Shown piece after piece: positions 48,591 to 59,313 of a DNA stretch of 64,000 nucleotides. How positions within the stretch are numbered: position 1 is the stretch's first letter; each line of letters opens with the position of its first letter. The notes under the pieces were generated by a model, which was not told the DNA's origin, did no database searches, and worked only from the letters and a program-made list of their open reading frames with translations. The position numbers were made by a program, and so were the translations under genes. The DNA is from an uncultured Desulfosarcina sp. (lineage in GTDB: Bacteria; Desulfobacterota; Desulfobacteria; Desulfobacterales; Desulfosarcinaceae), in contig CAXXWQ010000003.1 of NCBI GenBank assembly GCA_963674945.2, positions 2,016,001 through 2,080,000 of the forward strand, read 5' to 3'.

Positions 48591-49313
48591 TCAGTCTTGG
48601 GAAGTAGGCCAAATTACCGTGCGAAGCCAAGTCCGCAGACGATTATCCCGATATAAGAATCGGCTCATGGTATTTAATTGTTTTATGAGGTCGTCGATTT
48701 CCGTGAAGACGGCCCCACGCGTTATCATTCTCTTCTCGGTGTCAATTTCTTTTAAAACGACAGCGGGATTGCCTCCGGCGATCACGTTGGGTGGGATGCT
48801 GCGGGTAACCACCGCGCCGGCGCCCACAACGGAATTTTCGCCAATCGTAACCCCTTTCAAAATCTTCGCTCCGTGCCCCACCCAGACATTATCCTTCAGT
48901 TCAATGGGTTTGCTGCGTCCGTATGCACTGTTCCGATTGTAAATCCCGTGCCAATCGCAGTCACTGACATAGCATTCTCCGCCGAACATGCAGTCATGTC
49001 CAATGGTTATATCGGTTGCGGAATACATGGTCATCCCCGGTGAAACAAGGCAACAATTGCCGATATTGATGTGTCCGTTCATACCTTCGACACTTGAAGT
49101 GGCCAACTCAATTGGATGAAATGGACTGTTGGCAAGATGAACATAGTCGCCGACCCGAATGTTTTTGCCGTGAATCCTCATGAAACGAGGATTTAGAACC
49201 ACCGGGTCCTTTCCAAGGTGGTCGAACCGCGGTCTCACAAAATGCCGGGTGTATGCCCGGTCGAGGTTACGCCGCAGGGTCATCATCCAAGAAGGGCGAT
49301 GTTCTCGTCTCAA
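48591..49313 (-). CDS. Left-handed beta-helix acyltransferase
   Basis: Hexapeptide repeats, DCDWH and ILKGVTIGENSVVGAGAVV..GGNPA. Confidence 0.88.
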   Translation of the reverse strand: MRREHRPSWMMTLRRNLDRAYTRHFVRPRFDHLGKDPVVLNPRFMRIHGKNIRVGDYVHLANSPFHPIELATSSVEGMNGHINIGNCCLVSPGMTMYSATDITIGHDCMFGGECYVSDCDWHGIYNRNSAYGRSKPIELKDNVWVGHGAKILKGVTIGENSVVGAGAVVTRSIPPNVIAGGNPAVVLKEIDTEKRMITRGAVFTEIDDLIKQLNTMSRFLYRDNRLRTWLRTVIWPTSQD

Positions 49314-50026
49314 CGTACCCCCCTTGTTACGTTTGAGGACTCATCAAAGGAGGAAACATAATGTCGAGCAACAGTATATATCCACGTATCGGATCCTGTG
49401 GCGATGGCTTCATCAAAATGTTCCATCGCTTTCGGATGGTCGTTCTCCCTGACGGAGATCAAAGCCAGAAAGTAATGAACAATCGCTTTATGTTGTGTCG
49501 ACTTGGCAATGAACATTGCATATTCAAAGGACAACTTGCTTTTTTGGATCTCTTCATTGTGATAGTCCAACGCGCCGATTGTGATGACTACTGCAACCGT
49601 CAGATCATGGTGCGGGATAAAATAGGAAAGGGACACTAAGTGCCCGGAATACAAACGGTTGGCAGCCTCGATCTCACCGATCATCAGTTTGCTGATGAGC
49701 AGGTTGTTGTAGTACAGTGTCCTGAAATTTACAGGCATTGCTGAAGGATCGATGGATTCGAGCAGTGAAATTGCCGAAACCCACTGTCCCTTGTAGAACA
49801 AACCGGTGGTTTTATTGATTTGCAGGAATCTCACATGTTCTTCCGCTGTTACCTGCGCGAGATCGACGTCGATTTCGGAGATGAATCCATCGACGTCATT
49901 TTGATCCGTGAACATCCGAACGGATTCGAACCGCTGTTTATGTCGTATTTTTCTCCGAATGACAAAGACGGTCCGGAGAGCGAAAACGACGACGGCTGTT
50001 ATGATGGTTACCGCAACATAAGTCAT
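49310..50026 (-). CDS. Membrane-anchored TPR-like protein
   Basis: N-terminal TM followed by TPR-like helices. Confidence 0.7.
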   Translation of the reverse strand: MTYVAVTIITAVVVFALRTVFVIRRKIRHKQRFESVRMFTDQNDVDGFISEIDVDLAQVTAEEHVRFLQINKTTGLFYKGQWVSAISLLESIDPSAMPVNFRTLYYNNLLISKLMIGEIEAANRLYSGHLVSLSYFIPHHDLTVAVVITIGALDYHNEEIQKSKLSFEYAMFIAKSTQHKAIVHYFLALISVRENDHPKAMEHFDEAIATGSDTWIYTVARHYVSSFDESSNVTRGVR

Positions 50027-50542
50027 ACTTTATTGCCCGACCCGCAAGTGGCACCAAACTCCATACGGTGAGCCACACTGATCTGATTTTTGGATTCATT
50101 TGGATTTTATTCAATTATTTTTTCAAGAACGACAATATGCCAAAGATCCGATATGTTGTCAATGTATACAATCGGATCGAAATCTTGTTGCTGTCGAGAA
50201 ATAGAACAGCGGATTCACAAATGTCTTTCTGCAGCGAAAGAGAAATAATTGGATCTCCAATTCATTTGCGAAATCCTCGGCAGAATCATATCATACTTCC
50301 CATAATACTACTTTTAAATCCTGACTGAATTTCAGCAAAATCGCTTCTGGTGGGATAAAACAAATGAAGGTGAACTACTTGACAAGAAAAAACCATATCG
50401 AACGAAATCTTCTGCTTTATGGCTGGAAGTAATTATCGTACGGGATTAAAACAGGTGTCCCCGCAACCTTATCGGTACGGGGATTTTTTGGGGGAAGCAA
50501 GAAATGAAACGTAGCGAAGGTCGGAAGGCTGTTGTTACACGT

Positions 50543-50740
50543 TTATGCGTCGACGGCCACCAGAGAAACACCCAGTTTGTTTTCCACCTCCTGGATCTTC
50601 TTTAGTTCGTCCGCGCTCAGGCTCGAGGCCTTCAGGTCATGACAGCTGAAGGCCAACAGGGTTTTGCCCAAATCTTTTTCCAGGTCGTTGATGGTTTGTA
50701 AATTGGTCCCCTCTACCTTGTTTGCCAGTGAACAGATCAT
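50543..50740 (-). CDS. 65-aa hypothetical protein with an internal repeat (IxxLExxLGxxLxA twice)
   Basis: AAGGAG RBS; duplicated motif. Confidence 0.75.
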   Translation of the reverse strand: MICSLANKVEGTNLQTINDLEKDLGKTLLAFSCHDLKASSLSADELKKIQEVENKLGVSLVAVDA

Positions 50741-50811
50741 CGTTACACTCCTTTTTGATGGTTGGCGGATTGATTACACTATAGGTACAGAACACTGCAT
50801 CTCCGGGAAAA

Positions 50812-53067
50812 CTATGTGACACCTCCGGCATGATTTGAGGTGCTGCAGCCATTTAGTTCGAATATCATTTGCAGCTCGGTACCGGGGTATTTTACCTGCG
50901 CACTGTTCAGATGCGCAAACAGTTGGCAAAGAGCCCGATTGGCCGCTGGGAACGAAGCGCCGTGCAATCGTATATTCAATTGCTGATTTTCAATATCGGG
51001 CAGTACATCGCCTTCGGTCTGGAACAGTGTCTGGAGAAGACTCCGTGCATCCGACGAGTTTACCGTCGGACCCGTGAGCAACCCAACCATTGCCGTCTCT
51101 GCACGATATGCAATCATACGAACCGTGTCCATCAGGCGTTTTCTGCCCGGTTGTAAACGTAAAAATTTATCTTTTGCTTCAAGTTCTCCCCACGTGATGT
51201 GTTTACTTGTCTGTTTTCGTTTTTCTTTCAACTCGCTGAGTTGATACTCCATCTTTTCGATTTCTTCTAACAGCTCGGCCTTTTTCTCTATCCACTTCTT
51301 AAACTTTACCGGTTTGTCTTCATTTTCAGGGTGAATGGTCATCTCGGCAAAACAGGCACGACGATATCGTAGCTTGTTCTGCAACGAATTACGGGATTGA
51401 TTCAATTGCCGCCAAACGGGGTTGATTACCCGTTCGGTATCAGGAAATTCAACGACACCATAATCTAAAAGCACATCGATATCAAAATGTTGCATCATAT
51501 AGTTGAAAAAGTTTTCCTGACACCACCGGCTGAACATGCGTGCTGCCAATTGAGTATGCGGCAAATCGAAAGCGGTGCTGATTACGCTGGTCTGGTGTCC
51601 GGAATCGGTCAGTTTTCGCACTTGTCGCATCCATGTTGCACCCTTACCAGATCCCACCAAACTACCCATTTCGCAAAGCCGCATCTTCACCACCTCTTTG
51701 TTTGGCATCGCAACTTCATGCTCGGTGAACCAATGCTCCGGCCATGATTCACCAGGATGCTTATGATACGTCATGCAGCCGATTCGATGGCGATCCCACA
51801 TTTCCTTGAAGAATGCGGGACTATATCCTTCCCTGTCGAAAACAAGAACGAACCGGCATAAACATGGGTTCTCTTGTAGTTGCTGCAAACCGGGTTGATT
51901 CGGAACGTCTTGCAACAACCGGGGAACGATATCGTCTCTTAAAACCGCCAATAATCCAGGATCGATCTGCTTTTCGACGACAAAAAAAGGTCGGCCAATC
52001 GCATCGTTAACCCAATAGTCGGTAATGCCCCTCATGCACAATCGTTCCCGGGACACGTAGCGGCGCGGTAGTCGGGTCAATTTTCCATGATAAACACGTA
52101 CATGCCCGTCAACATAAAGCGCGCCAACCGATTCGGGCGCCTGTTCCATCCAGTATTTACCGAGGTATGCGGCCCACTTTTCCGCGCCGTGGTCTGCGCT
52201 CAACGCATCCATCTTGTAACGCAAACAGCGAACCTCCGGTGCACGATCCAAGCCCAATAACTTACCAAATTCTCCCGGAGCATGGCCTCGTATTTTTTCT
52301 GTCGTCTTGATCCTGCATAAGGCCATAAACGAAAGCAGCAACAAGACATGAAAGATCGTGTAATAGCCTTTGACTTGGCCGAGGAACTGTTTTGCGCCGG
52401 TAAACAACCCGTTTGCCACCAATGACGGTATCGCACAAAGAACGCCTGCTTTGGGAACGTCCAGGCATCTGTCAAAACGAACCGGCGCACCAACCATTTT
52501 GCCCAATGATGCCAATATGCGTTCCCCGACTCGGTTGCAAGCCGTCCCCATACCATCGGCAGCAGCCATGTCGACCATGTCCCGATCTGATTTGGTTAGA
52601 CACGGTTCACCAATCCTTGATTCGATTAACCGACCATCATCTATAGCTTTGCGAAACGTATCGTATTTAATGCCAAGTTCCAGGGCGGCATCTTTTTTCG
52701 AGCACCCTTGATCCAGTAAACGTTGGGCTTGTTCAAGCACCTCAGGTTTGAAAACCTTGCCGCCGCGTCGTCCCCGCCGCTGAACGAAAAATGCCTCGGC
52801 GCCGCCGGACCTGAGTTTGTTCACGGATCGGATGACATTGCTCTTGGATACGCCGAATGTGTTTTGGATATCGATCTGGCGGCAAGCTCCGGATTCAACC
52901 AGTTGGGCTGTTATCATCCGAAACATTCGTTGATCGCCTTGTCTGTGAGAATAAATCGGAACGGTCGATAGAAAATAGGTCCAGGTCGTATCGTCACGAA
53001 ATACACTGACAAGCCCGTTGATTTGTCTTGCACCGCGAGGAATAAGTGGTAGTATCTGTTGAGGCAT
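50812..53067 (-). CDS. Large putative DDE transposase (751 aa)
   Basis: N-terminal HTHs; LYVDGHVRVY, VFDREGYS and RWCQENFF (D-D-E). Element ends could not be defined confidently. Confidence 0.82.
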   Translation of the reverse strand: MPQQILPLIPRGARQINGLVSVFRDDTTWTYFLSTVPIYSHRQGDQRMFRMITAQLVESGACRQIDIQNTFGVSKSNVIRSVNKLRSGGAEAFFVQRRGRRGGKVFKPEVLEQAQRLLDQGCSKKDAALELGIKYDTFRKAIDDGRLIESRIGEPCLTKSDRDMVDMAAADGMGTACNRVGERILASLGKMVGAPVRFDRCLDVPKAGVLCAIPSLVANGLFTGAKQFLGQVKGYYTIFHVLLLLSFMALCRIKTTEKIRGHAPGEFGKLLGLDRAPEVRCLRYKMDALSADHGAEKWAAYLGKYWMEQAPESVGALYVDGHVRVYHGKLTRLPRRYVSRERLCMRGITDYWVNDAIGRPFFVVEKQIDPGLLAVLRDDIVPRLLQDVPNQPGLQQLQENPCLCRFVLVFDREGYSPAFFKEMWDRHRIGCMTYHKHPGESWPEHWFTEHEVAMPNKEVVKMRLCEMGSLVGSGKGATWMRQVRKLTDSGHQTSVISTAFDLPHTQLAARMFSRWCQENFFNYMMQHFDIDVLLDYGVVEFPDTERVINPVWRQLNQSRNSLQNKLRYRRACFAEMTIHPENEDKPVKFKKWIEKKAELLEEIEKMEYQLSELKEKRKQTSKHITWGELEAKDKFLRLQPGRKRLMDTVRMIAYRAETAMVGLLTGPTVNSSDARSLLQTLFQTEGDVLPDIENQQLNIRLHGASFPAANRALCQLFAHLNSAQVKYPGTELQMIFELNGCSTSNHAGGVT

Positions 53068-53314
53068 GGCATCCTTTTCCTTTCATTTATCCGCCAAGAT
53101 AATAAGGTTAAAGGTGCCATGTTCATTTTCCGGTTGCAATACCTTACCGGCCTGCTGGATTCAGACTCCTATCTTTCTGTTTTTCAACCACTTACATTAT
53201 GTTTTGCTTGCCATATGCAACAATTAGGAAATCAAGTTTCCTGAGGTAAGATCAAAGGTTGTCACAATACCGGAAACCTGACGGTTTAGTGACGGGCAAA
53301 AACCGTCATTCCAT

Positions 53315-53439
53315 GACGACTCCGTAAAAAGTCCGATATCCGCGTTACGCTTCATCCCTCGTCACTGCGACGTATCCATCCATACGCCTCGTTCCTCGGG
53401 ACTCGCAAGCCTTGATCTCGGTCTTTTTACGAAGCCGTC
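53315..53439. mobile_element. MITE-like element
   Basis: Terminal IRs GACGACTCCGTAAAAAG and CTTTTTACGAAGCCGTC (15/17); an extra end-like copy lies at ~53487-53505. Confidence 0.7.
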
Positions 53440-53502
53440 CGAAATTCGACTTCTAAGGAGCCCGTTCATTAATCCAATTAAAAAAGACTTTTTACGGGTT
53501 CA

Positions 53503-54417
53503 TCATTCCATGAGGCCCATCAAAAAGGTTCGCAAATTGGTAGCGGTGTTGTTCAAATTGAATTTTCGACGCAGGTTTCGCCGATGGAAGTTGACCGTGG
53601 TGATGGAAAGGTTCAAATGGGCGGCAATCTCCTTGGTGCTTCTTCCTTCCCGGATCAAAGCGGCCACTTCAATCTCCTGGGGGGTGAGTATGGTCTTCAT
53701 GTTGGACAGACGTCTGAAGAAAGGAGCGGTCAATTTCAAAATTCGCTGGTCCAAACTGGCGATCAAGGCGTTTGCCTGTTTCGGCAAATTCAAGCCGGCC
53801 AGACGATGCAGTACGGGACGGATAAAGCGATGGACATTGTCGAGTACGTCGGCTTCCAAGTCCCGCTGGTTGGCTTGGTTTTGTTTCAACAGGACCTTTA
53901 GTGCCGTATTGGCCTCTTCCAGTTTTCTTTTCTCTGAAAGTAACGCATCCTTGCTCTTTAAAAGACGGTTTTCCGCTTCCCGCAGTGCCGTGATATTTTC
54001 ATGACTCACGACGATGCGTTGGGGCACGGACCCGGCAGCCCGGGTAACGCGCATGTAAAACCAGCGGTTCTTTTCAGGAGAGTGGCACGGATAATCCAGC
54101 ACGAACTCTTCCAGTCGGCCGGCAATGACATCCCTTATTTTGCCCGCCACGTAGGAGCCTTCGTCTTCTTCTTCGGCCGATCCCGTACTTTCGCAGATTT
54201 CGAGGTAGTTCACCTTGGTTGATTGCGGGCGTATCTGCAAATCGTTTTCCCGGGCAAATCGTTTCCACGCCCGATTGGTCGCCAGGATGAACCCGTTTTC
54301 GTCCAGAATGGCCACGTGGGCGGTTAGCGAATCGAGGATCGTTTGCGCCAACGGATTGTCAACTTGGCCTGTCGGATTATTTTGACATTGTCTTTTGGTC
54401 TTTTTTGTTCGATTCAT
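53503..54417 (-). CDS. PAS + LuxR-HTH transcriptional regulator
   Basis: PAS (ILDSL..YPCHSP..RWF) and LTPQEIEVA..GRSTKEIA..TVNFHRRNLRRK. Confidence 0.92.
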   Translation of the reverse strand: MNRTKKTKRQCQNNPTGQVDNPLAQTILDSLTAHVAILDENGFILATNRAWKRFARENDLQIRPQSTKVNYLEICESTGSAEEEDEGSYVAGKIRDVIAGRLEEFVLDYPCHSPEKNRWFYMRVTRAAGSVPQRIVVSHENITALREAENRLLKSKDALLSEKRKLEEANTALKVLLKQNQANQRDLEADVLDNVHRFIRPVLHRLAGLNLPKQANALIASLDQRILKLTAPFFRRLSNMKTILTPQEIEVAALIREGRSTKEIAAHLNLSITTVNFHRRNLRRKFNLNNTATNLRTFLMGLME

Positions 54418-54751
54418 TGTTGCTGCCGATACGGGCGGTTTTTTCCCATTGTGTCGCTATCATCCATCAACGCAACAGTTTTCGACTGCAACAGTATATG
54501 AAATTTTTAAGACAATTGTAAATACCATCGTCATTGCGCATCAGGGTGGTCGCATGTAGATCTGATACAGGGGCATGGGCTTGTCCTCCTGAACACGGGG
54601 AAGGCACTTTGGTTCACTATATCATCGCTACATGCGATTGCCCTGCATTACGCATTGGTGTCACCGGATTTGGACATAGACGATCCGATTCACTGAAAAC
54701 ACGAATTTCGAAAGTGGCGTGGGGATACGATATGATGTGACCATGGTTTGT

Positions 54752-55141
54752 TTATATGCCGCCGAGCATCTTGTTTTGGTGGCCCATGCTGCGATGAAAT
54801 TGCCCAAATTCATCGATTTTTCCGGCCATCAGGATCCCGCCATATTGTTTGGCGATATTTCGTCCGCCCAGGATGCACTTTTCTCTCAATTTCTCATCGT
54901 TACAGTTGGCGATGGTAAACTTGACTTTTTCTCCGTTGTTGAATGAGGCATACCCATGGCAGCGGTAGTTTCCATCCGGGTTTTGATAAATGATGGAAAT
55001 ATAGTAGATCTCTTTGGTTTTAATGCAGAACGCCTCGGCATCATATACGAAAAATGGGCCTTCTTTTCTACCTGCTTTGGCTCTAAAAGAGATGATATTG
55101 TCCTTTCTACACGTTGTCTCGTTGTCACTCTTGTCTGCCAT
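54752..55141 (-). CDS. Hypothetical protein downstream of a cobalamin riboswitch
   Basis: GGAG RBS; first gene after the riboswitch and terminator. Confidence 0.7.
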   Translation of the reverse strand: MADKSDNETTCRKDNIISFRAKAGRKEGPFFVYDAEAFCIKTKEIYYISIIYQNPDGNYRCHGYASFNNGEKVKFTIANCNDEKLREKCILGGRNIAKQYGGILMAGKIDEFGQFHRSMGHQNKMLGGI

Positions 55142-55209
55142 ATAACTTCTCCGTTACATTTTGATTGTACATTTTGTTCTTTCCTGAAACCACTTTGGCA
55201 CGGAAGAAT

Positions 55210-55241
55210 AAAAAAACCCCAATCCTTTTGAAGGGTTGGGG
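55210..55241 (-). terminator. Riboswitch expression-platform terminator
   Basis: Minus strand CCCCAACCCTT-caa-AAGGATTGGGG-TTTTTT. Confidence 0.7.
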
Positions 55242-55325
55242 ATGCCGTTTTTCATCCATTATTTTCATGTGGGCGAAAACGCTTCGTTTCCACGAGAAAC
55301 TATTTTTCGCAAACAATCTGTTTCA

Positions 55326-55475
55326 GCAGGTCTTCTGACTTCCGGATCGTTCTACCGGCTGCGCCTTCCCGGCAGTTCGGCCAGTGGCATTTTGCAGCTT
55401 TCGTCCCCAGTCACAGCGGCGGGCCCGTCCCCGAGTTTCACGGAGTTCCCTGTAATGCACGATTGCGTTTTAAAA
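55326..55475 (-). ncRNA. Cobalamin riboswitch
   Basis: Minus strand AGGGAA..GTGAAACTC..GCCCGCCGCTGT..GCCACTG..GGGAAGGC..AAGTCAGAAGACCTGC. Confidence 0.92.
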
Positions 55476-55585
55476 GCATTCGCGCTTTCTGAAAAGCGTT
55501 TTATATTTTAATATAAGTTTGCAAAAAGTCAAGCAAAAAAAAATAGTTATGTCCATATAGAAAATTAAAAATCGTTGGGAACGGG

Positions 55586-56491
55586 CTAATGATCGAACGC
55601 AGAAAGGGAGGCAATAAAGAAAATGATACCAAAAAAAGAGATAGCGGCACCCGAAAATAGGCCTAGCCATTTCTCGACGGTTTGGTTTTGATTGATAAGA
55701 GGAATTTGTAAGATTCCCCCCTTGCCGAAGATCACGGTGACGACAACCAAACAAATCGTTGTTCCCATCCCCAAGACGACACAAATGGATGTACACAGTC
55801 CGAGAATCATTGCATCCATTGATAAGCAAAACAGCATGACCATGACGACGGCAGGGCAAGGCACCAAACCGACGGCAGCCGCCCACGGAAGGAGGCTACC
55901 GACTGTTTTCATTGGGGATGGATTCTCAATTCTTGAAGCCGATTTTATAAATAATGAATAACAATGTTTAAAAAAGATTCCCAGGCCCAAAATGGAGATC
56001 AATCCGAAACTGACGGCCTGTGTAACCGTTGTAATCGATGTCAGGGTGTCATTGAAGCCTCTTTCGATGAAATACCGTAGACCGATAACGCCCACAATGC
56101 CGGAAGAACCGTGGATAAGAGCGATAAGCAGTCCGAAGAGGACGCCACCGATTGGTGATGGTTTATGGGAAAGGACATAAGACGCGGCAACGGCCTTGCC
56201 GTGTCCGGGGCCGGCCGCATGAATGGCGCCGTATCCGAATGCCACCCCCATGAGAAGAAGCAGTGGCCGAACATCACCATCATTTCGTATATCCTGGATC
56301 AAGTCCGACATTTTTTGCTTGAGTCGGTACTGCCACACTACGGTTTTTGCGATAAATGTACTCTTGACAACAGGCTCCGGAGCAGGTTTGCGGGCTTCGG
56401 TTTTGGAGGTAAATGGATTTTGTGAAAATGTTATACCTGTCCAGACAAACAAAGCCAAAAATACAACTGCAAGTGAAAGAATATTTTTCAT
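55586..56491 (-). CDS. Nickel/cobalt transporter (RcnA/NicO family)
   Basis: HAAGPGHGK and GLVPCP motifs with multiple TMs. Confidence 0.88.
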   Translation of the reverse strand: MKNILSLAVVFLALFVWTGITFSQNPFTSKTEARKPAPEPVVKSTFIAKTVVWQYRLKQKMSDLIQDIRNDGDVRPLLLLMGVAFGYGAIHAAGPGHGKAVAASYVLSHKPSPIGGVLFGLLIALIHGSSGIVGVIGLRYFIERGFNDTLTSITTVTQAVSFGLISILGLGIFFKHCYSLFIKSASRIENPSPMKTVGSLLPWAAAVGLVPCPAVVMVMLFCLSMDAMILGLCTSICVVLGMGTTICLVVVTVIFGKGGILQIPLINQNQTVEKWLGLFSGAAISFFGIIFFIASLSAFDH

Positions 56492-57165
56492 CTCTTTTTA
56501 CGAAACTCCAGAAAGAGCGTCCATGGATGGATCATGTCAAAATAGATCTTCGTGTCCGGATTTTCTCGGATCGCCGTCTTCAATTCGAAAGGATCTTCCA
56601 AGATGAGCTTGACCGGTGATTTGTCGGCAAAGAAGATGGCCGTGTAATAGGTGGGGTCGTAACTTCCCACACTGACTTTTTTAAATTGATTCGTTGCCGT
56701 CACATGGCAGGGGATGAAGAATTCATACGTCAGTCGTCGGTCTTTCAAATCAGCGTTGAAATCCGTTATGAATTTCACCGGAAAAGATGTGCCGTCGATC
56801 GTAATATAGGTAAAATAATTGAACTCTGAAATAAAGCTGAACGCATTCTCTTTGACCGCCAGCACCTCTTTTTCTTCCAATCGACCATTTTTGTTCAGAT
56901 CGTGGTCCTGGGTGATCATGCTTGCAAACATGTCGTCCATAATCCAAATGACTTTTATGCCGGCGAGCCCTTTTTCGTCAAAAACGATGTTGAGTCGCTG
57001 CACGATGAACATATGGGGATGGGAGAGCGCCGTAACGGGGAAAATGACGGTTTGCCATAAGATAAGGCACGTTGAGATGATTAGAAAAAATGGAGCGATT
57101 CTCTTCATGCAAGTTCTCTTCATGCAATAGGATTGAATTGCCACGATAACTATAGCTCTGGCCAA
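56488..57165 (-). CDS. DUF1007 family periplasmic protein (true start probably downstream, near MKR)
   Basis: Signal peptide then HPHMFI, WxMDDMF and YDPTYY; typical partner of RcnA-like genes. Confidence 0.85.
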   Translation of the reverse strand: MARAIVIVAIQSYCMKRTCMKRIAPFFLIISTCLILWQTVIFPVTALSHPHMFIVQRLNIVFDEKGLAGIKVIWIMDDMFASMITQDHDLNKNGRLEEKEVLAVKENAFSFISEFNYFTYITIDGTSFPVKFITDFNADLKDRRLTYEFFIPCHVTATNQFKKVSVGSYDPTYYTAIFFADKSPVKLILEDPFELKTAIRENPDTKIYFDMIHPWTLFLEFRKKR

Positions 57166-57376
57166 ATGAATTGATGCAATTTTTCATACTCTTGCTCTAT
57201 TCTTTCGATCAAAGGATTTAGAGCACGAGCAAGAATACGTATCAAGCCATTTGACCGGTACTATAATCGACGATAATGAAAATTATAGCAGAGAATATGA
57301 TATGGATCAAAAAAAACATGTTGTGTGGGGCATCATCAATGCGTTTCAAAAATTCAATCTCAGTGCCTTACGCGCT

Positions 57377-58381
57377 TCACCCTTCACATCCTTTGATCGT
57401 CCGGTACAACATACATACCAGCGTCGCATCCATCAGTCGGTTGTAGTGCAACCGGCTGGGACAATCCCCCGGACAAGACCGGGCCAGGTCGCAATCTGAA
57501 CAGGGTGCTGCCGGAGGGAGCGTTTCCCAAAGGCATCTGAGGCGATGGTATTTTGGATTCTCTACGGTGCCGGCGAAAAATTCCGGATCCCCCATGGTCT
57601 GCCCGCAAGGAAAAAGACGTCCACGGGGATCCACGGCCAGGCTCTGACCCAGACAGGCGTGGCAAAAGACCTGTTGTCGTGCCTCGGTACCCGTGACCAG
57701 ATCCCGTTCACGAAATCGAATGGGAATGCCGCGCCGTTTGTTGATGGATTTCAAGACGAACACCATCCGGCGAACGCCACGTTCCAGGGAAACCGGATCC
57801 GCCGGACCGACTGCGTTGCCTTCGGCGGCACGGCCCTTATGAATCAACAGGTCCAGCCCCACACCACGTGCACATGAAAAGGCAGCCAGGGTCAATATCA
57901 GTTGGTCCAGGAATAGAACATTGGTTTTTGTAACTACGGTCGTTACCCGAAAGGGAATACCTGCATCCTCAAGCATCCGCAGTCCACGAAACGTCTCGGC
58001 GGCCATGCCCCGCTGCTTCTGATGGATCTCGGGGGAGCCGTCCAGGCTTACGCCGACCTGGAAACCATACCTTTTGAACAACGCCATCACGTCCGTTGTG
58101 AGTACGGTTCCGTTGGTCTGGATGCCCATGGAGCGGCAAAGGCCGGTTTCACTGGCCAATATCGCCGCTTTTTCTATGGATGCCGGTACCAGCGTTGGCT
58201 CTCCGCCTGTCAGTTGCAGATGAAAAGGGTGACCATCTTCTGCCGCTATCCCGATGGCCTGCCGAATCATCGGTCCCGGCATATCCACGACTGCGTCTGT
58301 CCGGCCGTTATAGCAATAGGTACAACTGAGGTTACAGCGGTTGGTCAGAGCGAGTATGAGGTAGCGAATGGATGGTTTCAT
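57377..58381 (-). CDS. Radical SAM protein with a SPASM-like C-terminus
   Basis: CNLSCTYC, TGGEP, SLDG and C-terminal CxxCxxxxxCxGxC. Confidence 0.9.
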   Translation of the reverse strand: MKPSIRYLILALTNRCNLSCTYCYNGRTDAVVDMPGPMIRQAIGIAAEDGHPFHLQLTGGEPTLVPASIEKAAILASETGLCRSMGIQTNGTVLTTDVMALFKRYGFQVGVSLDGSPEIHQKQRGMAAETFRGLRMLEDAGIPFRVTTVVTKTNVLFLDQLILTLAAFSCARGVGLDLLIHKGRAAEGNAVGPADPVSLERGVRRMVFVLKSINKRRGIPIRFRERDLVTGTEARQQVFCHACLGQSLAVDPRGRLFPCGQTMGDPEFFAGTVENPKYHRLRCLWETLPPAAPCSDCDLARSCPGDCPSRLHYNRLMDATLVCMLYRTIKGCEG

Positions 58382-58401
58382 CTATCTTTTAACTTCATGG
58401 A

Positions 58402-58599
58402 TCAATTCAGATTTACGCCGAACACCTCGGACGGAAATAATCCTTCTGCCATGACCAGGGCGGTCAAATTCTTTTTTACCCATCGTCGCAGACATCGGAT
58501 CAGCGCCGGATCGCTAAAATGGATGACTTCTCCCAAACAATCCAGATCGTTTTGGATCCACCAGTAGAGATGCATATTTTCTCCTAAAATTCGATGCAT
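58402..58599 (-). pseudogene. Probable C-terminal gene remnant
   Basis: Short ORF between the cobN remnant and the radical SAM gene, preceded by an AT-rich junction; family not recognised. Confidence 0.35.
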
Positions 58600-58719
58600 T
58601 TTTGCGCCCGAATGCCGGACTTCATAACTTCTTTTTGTGTGTTGAAAAGAGTTTTAAGTGTAAAGTGTTACAGAAAAGATGAGAAATTATAAAAAGGCAT
58701 AATACAATAACTTAACACT

Positions 58720-59184
58720 TCACAGGTCTCCACCCTTGGTAACGATTTCGTCCACCGTGCTCCAGCGGAACTCGGCCACGGCCTTTCTTTCCATGATGGT
58801 TTCCAAAATTTTTGTACCCGAGGCCGGTGCATCCCCCACGTCGTAACCGGCATCGGCAAGGTGTCGTAGAAGGAGGGCATGCCCGGCAGCCCCCCCCGGG
58901 GGATCTTCCCGCCACTGGTCGGGCGTCTGGCCGTGGGCGCGCAGAAGCTGGATGATGGGAACATCCAGTTTCTGGAGCAGATCAATCTGGTCGGTTTGCC
59001 TGAGCAGGCGGCCGGCCATGAAGCTGAGCAGCATATCGATCTCGCCTTGAGAATCAGCCAGAACTTCTGCGGCGCCCATCTGATCGGAAAGAAGCAGTTC
59101 GATGCCGTTACCGGCCAGGCGATGGGCCAAACGACTCCAGGTTCGGTGGTGGAACATGAGGCTGTGGATGTAAAGAATACGCAT
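58720..59184 (-). pseudogene. cobN: Internally deleted cobaltochelatase CobN-like remnant
   Basis: Blocks LQKLDVPIIQ..TPDQWREDP.G and LADAGYDV..P.SG..I.ERKAVAEFRWSTVDEIVTKGG resemble non-adjacent CobN segments; 154 aa versus >1000 aa for CobN. Confidence 0.65.
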
Positions 59185-59313
59185 GGAATCCTCGTGTTAT
59201 CGGCATTTGCCCCAAATATCATCGGTTTGGGGCAAATGCCGTCCTACTTTTTTTTTACAAGCCGTTCAAATCAATGTCTTTCCAGAAATAGGTCATTTCT
59301 GGATGGGCACTCG

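Noticed and set aside
50788..53290. Terminal inverted repeats for the 751-aa transposase element
   Set aside because: Only weak GTCACA..CCGGA similarity and no clear target duplication, so boundaries were not called.
57272..57290. Fur-family box GATAATGAAAATTATAGCA upstream of DUF1007
   Set aside because: Only 13/19 with a poor right half, in AT-rich DNA; not supportable without a PWM.
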